This document shows, one piece after another, positions 9,209 through 15,679 of a DNA stretch of 64,000 nt. How positions within the stretch are numbered: position 1 is the stretch's first letter; each line of letters opens with the position of its first letter. The translations under genes and the position numbers were made by a program. The stretch lies in sequence record LR756508.1, one strand, 5' to 3'. Under the pieces are notes generated by a model, which was not told where the DNA came from, made no database searches, and saw only the letters and a list, made by a program, of their open reading frames with translations.

Positions 9209-9264
9209 AGGCTGCTAACAGCAATTCTCCTTATCCTTTTTTTGGATAAAAGGAACGCAGCCTG
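9209..9264 (+). ncRNA. Armless tRNA-like element
   Basis: 7-bp stem AGGCTGC/GCAGCCT plus G, then TAACAGCAA, then a 6-bp stem TTATCC/GGATAA closing a 7-nt T7 loop; no D or T arm. Confidence 0.55.
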
Positions 9265-9287
9265 TTTTTAGTTTGATTAATAGTCTT

Positions 9288-9378
9288 GGAGGAGTGGCAG
9301 AGCTCGGTTTAATGCGTCTCACTGCTACTGAGATTGGCTTGAATCATAGTCACGCAGGTTCAAATCCTGCCTCCTCCG
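9288..9378 (+). tRNA. tRNA-Ser(GCT), canonical 7/5
   Basis: GGAGGAG/CTCCTCC acceptor, loop CT-GCT-AC, long V arm, GCAGG-TTCAAAT-CCTGC T arm, G73, no CCA. Confidence 0.92.
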
Positions 9379-9410
9379 CTTTTTCTGTCTAGAAAATAGT
9401 TACAATTTTT

Positions 9411-9713
9411 ATGAATGCGATAAGAAAAAAATTCTTGGACTTACGTAAGACCTGGATAAAAGAAACAGGTCACGTGGCTTCCCCCAAAGAGCGAGCAAAT
9501 CATCCTGCGTACCAGCAGATAATTGGAATGGGTCCGAAGGTGGTTCCCTTTTTGATTCGGGACCAAATTGAAAATAACACGCACTGGTTCTGGGCACTTC
9601 AATCCATCACAGGCGAGAACCCCATAGAGGAAAAACATGAAGGGTACGTTCAAAAAATGGCACAAGACTGGAATGAGTGGTGGGATGAGCAGTTGGCGCT
9701 GAGTGATTCTTAA
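9411..9713 (+). CDS. Conserved small helical hypothetical protein
   Basis: HPAYQQIIGMGPKVVPFL...HWFWALQSITGENP; GC-richer than the genome average. Confidence 0.7.
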   Translation: MNAIRKKFLDLRKTWIKETGHVASPKERANHPAYQQIIGMGPKVVPFLIRDQIENNTHWFWALQSITGENPIEEKHEGYVQKMAQDWNEWWDEQLALSDS

Positions 9714-9748
9714 GAAAGATAAAGTTTGAGGGTCTGCTCAACTATTAA

Positions 9749-10531
9749 GTGTATCTTTTAAAATGGTTTGAGAAAATAAATAAGATCTCGAATCTGATAA
9801 CCGAAGATGAGTATAAAACAAAGGATGGAAGAATTTTAAGTTTTAAGTTTGAAGAAAACGTAGAAAACACAGAAAGAAAAGGTTTTGTTATCCATAAACT
9901 TGACGCTTTTTTTGAGCCTCAATCAGAGGCTTTTTCTTCTGGTAAGCATGTTGGATATATTAAAGTAATTTACATACCCACTGAAAACGTTGACCAATAT
10001 TACCCAACAACGCTTCATTTTATCGATCTAGCAAAAGGATGGCAACTTTTAGACTATAAAAGTTTTTCCGAACCTGGAGAGTATCCAGGTCACGAAGAGT
10101 TTGCCAAAAAAGCTCATAATAGGGCAAGAAGTAACCCTTATAAGCGAGTTAAAGACTTTCCTGAATATAGTGAATATGAGAGTATAACTGATAAGAGATG
10201 GGAAGAACTTGCTAAATATTACAGAGATGAGATAAGAAAAACTTTCAAAGAAGACTTTGAAAGGTATTTAAACTATTACGTTGATAAACCTGTTGTTGAA
10301 TATATTAAAGTAAAAAAACAGTTCAGGAGGAACCGAGTGGGTTTTAATCTATATAAGAAAATGGCGAAAATTCTTGGAAATAAAGGAATGGTTCTTTATG
10401 CCAGTGGAACTCAAAGCGAGTATGCTGAGAAAGCCTGGAAAAAGCTTAGAGACGTTCTTCCAGTGAAAACCAAAAAGATTAAATTACCTTCGGGGGGCTC
10501 AGAAACGAGATATTTCATAGATTACCGATAA
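9749..10531 (+). CDS. Hypothetical protein with possible C-terminal GNAT-like fold
   Basis: VEYIKVKKQFRRNRVGFNLYKKM...ASGTQSEYAEKAW resembles GNAT motif A/B. Confidence 0.45.
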   Translation: MYLLKWFEKINKISNLITEDEYKTKDGRILSFKFEENVENTERKGFVIHKLDAFFEPQSEAFSSGKHVGYIKVIYIPTENVDQYYPTTLHFIDLAKGWQLLDYKSFSEPGEYPGHEEFAKKAHNRARSNPYKRVKDFPEYSEYESITDKRWEELAKYYRDEIRKTFKEDFERYLNYYVDKPVVEYIKVKKQFRRNRVGFNLYKKMAKILGNKGMVLYASGTQSEYAEKAWKKLRDVLPVKTKKIKLPSGGSETRYFIDYR

Positions 10532-10606
10532 ATATACTCTTTAACTTCAAATAAAAAAAAAACTGCATAATACTATGAAAATGAATTTTCATCTTGTGAG
10601 CAGTAG

Positions 10607-11038
10607 ATGAGAAACATCGCTGTAATTCTAATCTTTTCAATTCAATTATTAGGATTTACAGCGTTAGAGGGGGACAAAGAAGAAGCGTTTCCGAGATATT
10701 TTTATAAGGTAAATCCAAATCCAAAGATAACTGAAAACATAAATCACGAGGGCAAGGGGCATTTTTACGATCTTGTAAACATGAGCGGGGATACCTTAAA
10801 CGTATACGTCCAAGGAGTCGTCAAGGGCAGCGTCGAGCCTGACTATAAAAGAGCTTCTAAAGCCGATCTTGTAATATGGTGTTTTCCTCAAGAATATTCG
10901 CATCCAAGTCACGTCTTTCCTGAAGCACAAGGAAGAATCTTGATTCAGGAGAAAAATGGGGAAGTGGTAGTTGCAAGTGAATCATTTTTGAAGAGTAATG
11001 ACCTCTGGAACGGTCATAGCTATAAGATGTTAAATTAA
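10607..11038 (+). CDS. Hypothetical secreted protein
   Basis: N-terminal signal-peptide-like MRNIAVILIFSIQLLGFTA. Confidence 0.6.
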   Translation: MRNIAVILIFSIQLLGFTALEGDKEEAFPRYFYKVNPNPKITENINHEGKGHFYDLVNMSGDTLNVYVQGVVKGSVEPDYKRASKADLVIWCFPQEYSHPSHVFPEAQGRILIQEKNGEVVVASESFLKSNDLWNGHSYKMLN

Positions 11039-11072
11039 ATGCTAATCTCTTTGAACTGAAAGCATCTGCCCC

Positions 11073-12281
11073 ATGTCAACTTTTGAGGTCCCAATTAAGA
11101 AGGTTCAAATTAAAAATCATCCAAATGCTGATCGGCTTTCTATTGCAGAAATCCAAGGAACAGAATATCAATCTTTAGTTGGAATTGGAGAATACGAGTC
11201 GGGAGATCTTGTGGCTTATATTCCTGAAGATTCTATCGTTCCAGAGTGGATTCAAGAAAAGCTTGGAGTGAAAGGAAAGCTTGCAGGATCTGACAAAAAC
11301 CGAATTCGTAGTGTTCGTCTTAGGGGGGTATATTCGCAGGGGCTCTGCTTTCCTGTTGAGAATATAACCAACCATCCGGAGTTTGATGATGGATACTATA
11401 TTTTTCGTGAGAGTAGAGCGCTGGATGGAAGGCTCAGTGAGATCGATAAGAACTATAGCGTTGATCCGCTTTACAAAAAAGTGGAAGTTGGAGATGACGT
11501 TCAAGACTTTCTTGGAATTGAAAAGTATGAACCTCCTGTGCCCGTTCACATGAGCGGAGAAGTGTTTAACGCTCGGGGCAACACCTTGAAGTACGATATT
11601 GAGAACTTCCGAAAGTATCCTGATGTCCTTGAGGAAGGTGAGGAAGTTGTGGTAATGGAGAAGCTCCATGGCACCTTTTGCTGCATTGGTGTGGTTCCCC
11701 AAGACGAAGCTTCCAGTTCTTCGGGACGCCACATTGTTACATCTAAAGGTCTTTCAGCCAAAGGGCTGGCCTTGAAGCTAAATGAAAAGAATGAAGACAA
11801 TGTTTACATTCGTGCAGCCAGAAAATACAAGCTCTTAGAGAAGCTTTCGCAAAAAGAGGAAGGTTATTATTATATCCTCGGAGAAGTTTTTGGTCGAAAG
11901 ATTCAAGACCTTGAGTATGGAGCAGAAAGAGATGAGCTATTTTTCCGAGTCTTCGATATTTATAAAGGATCTCCAAAACGCGGGAGTGAAGGAAGATATC
12001 TCAACGACGATGAACTTGATGAAGAAATTAATAGGTTCGGTCTAAAAAGAGTTCCCGTTTTTTATCGGGGACCTTATTCAAAGGAAAACGTTTCAAGGTT
12101 TGTAAGCGGCCAGGAAACAGTTTCTGGGGAAGAAAATCACATGCGAGAGGGAGTTGTTGTTCGCCCTACAGAAGAGCGACATGTCGAAGAAAACCTTCCG
12201 ATGGGTGGTCGCGTTCAATTGAAGTGGAAGAGTGAAGAATACAAGCTCAGAAATGAAAAGACAGCTACAGAAAGACGTTAA
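11073..12281 (+). CDS. RNA ligase, DRB0094/Rnl2-related family with N-terminal tRNA-binding-like domain
   Basis: N-terminal HPNADRL...GDLVAYIPEDS; motifs EKLHG, GEVFG, FDIY, EGVV, LKWKS. Confidence 0.9.
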   Translation: MSTFEVPIKKVQIKNHPNADRLSIAEIQGTEYQSLVGIGEYESGDLVAYIPEDSIVPEWIQEKLGVKGKLAGSDKNRIRSVRLRGVYSQGLCFPVENITNHPEFDDGYYIFRESRALDGRLSEIDKNYSVDPLYKKVEVGDDVQDFLGIEKYEPPVPVHMSGEVFNARGNTLKYDIENFRKYPDVLEEGEEVVVMEKLHGTFCCIGVVPQDEASSSSGRHIVTSKGLSAKGLALKLNEKNEDNVYIRAARKYKLLEKLSQKEEGYYYILGEVFGRKIQDLEYGAERDELFFRVFDIYKGSPKRGSEGRYLNDDELDEEINRFGLKRVPVFYRGPYSKENVSRFVSGQETVSGEENHMREGVVVRPTEERHVEENLPMGGRVQLKWKSEEYKLRNEKTATERR

Positions 12282-12282
12282 T

Positions 12283-13685
12283 GAATGTTCAATTCATCCG
12301 GATGAATTGAACCACTACTATTTACAAGAAAGTATTATTATTCGAATTTTCTTTTAAATCACATGAAACTGACGAAAACGTTGAAGTTCAAACTTGAAGA
12401 CTTTTCAAGTCACGGAAGGTACGTCTTAAGCCAGACGCAGAGTCAGTTCCGAAAGTCCGTCAACTTTTATCTCCACCAAGTTGGACGCAAAGGCTCTACA
12501 AACGTAACCGACTACAAGAATGAGTATAAAAGAGCGAGAAACATATTTCAATTGAACTCAGCTTTGATTCAACAGTCGAAAAGGTTTGCGATAAACCAGT
12601 ACAAGTCTTACAAGAACAACGAAAGCAACGACAGTTTTCCACATTTCGAGTCGTTCGTTGACGTCCGTTACGATAACAGAACGATAACCTTCATCGATGA
12701 AAACGAAAAAACTCATGAGCTAAAAGTCACATTAGCCACAACCCAGAGCCGAGTCGAAGCCACGCTTCAAGGAGGAGAATATTGTTTCGAGGAGTTTCAA
12801 GCTGGCGAGTTTCAAGATGCCAGGCTCTATCGTCAAGATGGCGACTGGTATTTAAACGTTCATGTTCAAAGAGAGGCCGAAATTTCCAAAGCCAGAGATT
12901 CTGAGTTCTATATTGGTGTTGATCTTGGAGTCAACAACCTGGCAACAGTTGCAGTTCAAAACCGAAGGGGAGAAGTAATCGAGACAAAGTTTTTCGACGG
13001 GTCTTACGTGAGCGAAAAAAAGCGAAGGTTCAACGCCAAACGTCACGAATACATGCGGAAAGGTTTGTGGTCAAAGCTCAAAGAGACTCGCGGGAAGGAA
13101 AAGCGTTTCATCAAAGACGTCAACCACAAAATCTCAAAACACGTCAAAGATTTATGTGAGAAATACGAAAACTCAACTGTCGTATTAGAGAATCTTGACG
13201 GCATCCGTAACATCATAAATTACAACAGAAAACAGAATCGAAGATTGCACAACTGGAGCTTCAGTCAGCTCCAAGAGTTTATCATCTACAAAGCTCACGA
13301 AGCTGGAAGTTCTTATAGACGAGTTCCACCCTTCAACACTTCTCAAGTTTGTGGGAGTTGCTTCAACTCAATTTCCCGAAGCTCGGAGAACAGGGTTGTC
13401 GGAACTTGTGAAACCTGCAAGAAAGAGGTATTGAACGTGGATCTCAACGCAGCAGTTAATATTGTTCAACGTTTTTGGTATTACGTAATTCAGGACAACC
13501 TCGAAGACACTGTACCAGAAACTGAGCTACGTGAATTTAGCTCGGAGGGTTCGAAGCCTGAACTCCATCAAGGAAGCTTTGACGGCAAAGTCGACACCGC
13601 TGCGGTTGATTCAGAGAATCAACTCGTGTCGTCATTGAGCTTGAGCTTGCCTTGAAGCCCCCATCCTTGGACGGGAGTCATTCAC
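12283..13685 (+). mobile_element. tnpB-only IS200/IS605-family element 1
   Basis: TTAAT target 12278-12282, palindromic left end 12287-12312, right end GAAGCCCCCATCCTTGGACGGGAGTCATTCAC ending at 13685; no tnpA. Confidence 0.8.
12363..13655 (+). CDS. tnpB: RNA-guided endonuclease TnpB (Cas12f-like)
   Basis: RuvC I GVDLG, RuvC II VLENL, Zn finger CGSC/CETC, RuvC III NVDLNAA. Confidence 0.92.
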   Translation: MKLTKTLKFKLEDFSSHGRYVLSQTQSQFRKSVNFYLHQVGRKGSTNVTDYKNEYKRARNIFQLNSALIQQSKRFAINQYKSYKNNESNDSFPHFESFVDVRYDNRTITFIDENEKTHELKVTLATTQSRVEATLQGGEYCFEEFQAGEFQDARLYRQDGDWYLNVHVQREAEISKARDSEFYIGVDLGVNNLATVAVQNRRGEVIETKFFDGSYVSEKKRRFNAKRHEYMRKGLWSKLKETRGKEKRFIKDVNHKISKHVKDLCEKYENSTVVLENLDGIRNIINYNRKQNRRLHNWSFSQLQEFIIYKAHEAGSSYRRVPPFNTSQVCGSCFNSISRSSENRVVGTCETCKKEVLNVDLNAAVNIVQRFWYYVIQDNLEDTVPETELREFSSEGSKPELHQGSFDGKVDTAAVDSENQLVSSLSLSLP

Positions 13686-13734
13686 TTTATAAGCTTTTGG
13701 ATAAAGAAAAAAGTGATTTTTTTTAATCATCCTC

Positions 13735-13742
13735 TATTTATA
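13735..13742 (+). promoter_or_regulatory. Candidate phage promoter core TATTTATA
   Basis: TAYTTA motif recurring in intergenic gaps upstream of starts; this copy precedes the ORF-rnpB-tRNA unit. Confidence 0.4.
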
Positions 13743-13795
13743 GAACTTCTCATTGATTTTTACGAGATGGATAAGTTATACCATCAAAAAGTGAA

Positions 13796-14014
13796 ATGAA
13801 TAAAAACTTTTTCGAGGATCGAGACATGTCGGTTGTTGGTGAGAATGAGTTTAGGCGTATTAACGTTTTCCAACAGGAAGTAAAAGGTGTGGTCGTATTC
13901 GAAAGAAAGTTTTGGAAGATTTGGAAGGTCGATCAAACACTAACTTGGGGCCAGTTTGATGTGAGCAGTTATTTTTTGAACCTTATCGGACAATTTTACT
14001 TCAAACTCAAATAA
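13796..14014 (+). CDS. Hypothetical protein
   Basis: 72-aa ORF whose stop overlaps the start of the RNase P RNA. Confidence 0.55.
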   Translation: MNKNFFEDRDMSVVGENEFRRINVFQQEVKGVVVFERKFWKIWKVDQTLTWGQFDVSSYFLNLIGQFYFKLK

Positions 14015-14228
14015 GGTCTATTCCGTCGCTCTACGGCTCAAAAAGAAGGTTGTAGAGAGGAAGCTCTAGATACCACCGCTCGCTGCGGGAGAGTCTGTTG
14101 ACTCGCTCCTAACCGCTTCACTGGTACAATCCCAAACAGTCCAGAGGTGTGAGCGGCCAGAGTTCTGGACGGGTAGGGTGCGCCGAGATAAATGATGGAT
14201 TGACACAGAATCTAGGCTATTAGACCTT
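14013..14228 (+). ncRNA. rnpB: Minimal RNase P RNA (~216 nt)
   Basis: P1 AAGGTCTA/TAGACCTT, P2 TCCGTC/GATGGA, P3 CTCTAC/GTAGAG, P4 AGC(T)CTAGA/TCTAGGCT with bulged U, CR-I GAGGAAG, CR-IV AGATAAATGA, CR-V ACAGAA. Confidence 0.88.
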
Positions 14229-14236
14229 TTAAAGAA

Positions 14237-14324
14237 AGAGGGTAAACTAGTGTTTGGCCTGCTAGGACAGACTCGAAATCTGTGCGTACCAAACTGGTAT
14301 GTGGTTCAAATCCACTGCCCTCTG
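14237..14324 (+). tRNA. tRNA-Ser(CGA), 8/4 cloverleaf
   Basis: Acceptor AGAGGGTA/TGCCCTCT (8 bp), T stem GTGG/CCAC (4 bp) with TTCAAAT loop, loop CT-CGA-AA, long V arm, G73, no CCA. Confidence 0.88.
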
Positions 14325-14419
14325 CTAAAAAAGTTGGTTCTAAAACCAAAAAAATAACAGTTTCTGTTATTTAAAGAATGGTAAACTGGTAGAATCGATA
14401 TGCATTTTTCAATATAAAA

Positions 14420-15245
14420 TTGAGTAGCTATAATTGTTAAATGTAAGTGTGGGAAAACGTTTAAGAATAAAGCAGGGTTGGGCAGCCATCAAAATTGGTG
14501 TGATGGAACAGGGTTGAGTTCAAATAAAAGTAAAAACAAAAAAGAGAAGAAGAAAGAGAAAATTGAAACTGAAAAATTATGTAACTATGGTTGCGGAGAA
14601 AAAGCCAAATGGAGTATGAAGAATGGAAATTTGTCCTGTTCCAAATATTCAGCTCAGTGTGAAGCTTTAAAAGAAAAGAACAGTAAAGGTTTAAAAGCTG
14701 CTTGGAAAGAAAATCCTTGAAGCAGTGGAGGTGATACTGGAGGCGGGTGGAATAAAGGAAAAACTTATGAGGAAGTCTACGGGGAAGATAGAGCCGAAAA
14801 AGTTAAAGACAAAATTTCTAATACACTTAAAAATAATGAAGAAAACTCATGGGATAAATTAAGTCCAAAGGAGAGGAAAAAAGCAGAAAAGAAACTGAGT
14901 GAGAATACAGGTGGTTATAGAAAAAAAGGTGGTAGAGGAAATGGATACTGGTACGAATCTGAAGTAAATGGGGAGATATGGCTTGATAGTAGTTATGAAT
15001 TAGCTTATGCTAAGTGGTTAGATAAAAACTTTGATAACTGGAAGAGAAACACATCCAAATTTGAATACTCTTTTAAAAATAAAAAGAAAAATTATATTCC
15101 CGATTTTTATATACCGAATAAAGAGGTTTATATTGAAATAAAAGGATATAAAACGGAACAAGATGAAGCTAAATGGAGGGATTTTCCGAAACAGTTAGAG
15201 GTTCTATACAAAGAGGACTTAATTGAAATCGGATGTGATTTATAG
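14420..15245 (+). pseudogene. Disrupted PD-(D/E)XK homing-type endonuclease (zinc finger + NUMOD3-like + nuclease)
   Basis: One frame runs 14424-15245 (KCKCGKTF..GLGSHQNWC; WNKGKTYEEVYG; DSSYE...YIPDFY...IEIKG) with an in-frame TGA at 14718-14720 and no canonical in-frame start before the zinc finger. Confidence 0.75.
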
Positions 15246-15332
15246 AGGGTAAAGCGGACAGGCGTGCCGCCGCTGCTTGGAAAGCAGTTGGCACCTGGAA
15301 CATGGTGTGGAATTCGAGTTTCCTGCCCTCTG
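15244..15332 (+). tRNA. tRNA-Ser(GGA), 8/4 cloverleaf
   Basis: Acceptor AGAGGGTA/TGCCCTCT (8 bp), T stem GGAA/TTCC (4 bp) with TTCGAGT loop, loop TT-GGA-AA, long V arm, G73, no CCA. Confidence 0.88.
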
Positions 15333-15455
15333 CTATCTAATAGCAGGTATATTTGATGTCATCTTAATCTTTTTGTCTTCACATTAAAGATAAGTTTAGT
15401 CCACAAGGTTTTAAGAAAAGATATAGTGAAAATAGATCCATAAAAATGAAAAAAA

Positions 15456-15659
15456 TTGAAGCAGAAAATAATAAAGTCATTTCAAAATCCCGAGGTTGAC
15501 AAATATTTTAATGCTTTTGAAACCAATTCTGTTGTCCTAAAGAACGACGGAATTTACCGTGTTGAAGACATAGAGTACAAAAAAAAAAGACCGACTCGGT
15601 TATACTTATACTTGAAAAAGACCCATTCTATATTTCTATGTAAAATTCTAAGTCACTAA
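15456..15659 (+). CDS. Hypothetical protein
   Basis: 67-aa ORF, TTG start. Confidence 0.45.
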   Translation: MKQKIIKSFQNPEVDKYFNAFETNSVVLKNDGIYRVEDIEYKKKRPTRLYLYLKKTHSIFLCKILSH

Positions 15660-15679
15660 TATTTTAAAGAAGAGATATA

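Noticed and set aside
13686-13705. Self-targets of the three predicted TnpB guides within the window
   Set aside because: Only short chance matches (for example AAGCTTGCCA near 6095) were seen by eye; a computational search is needed to exclude them fully.
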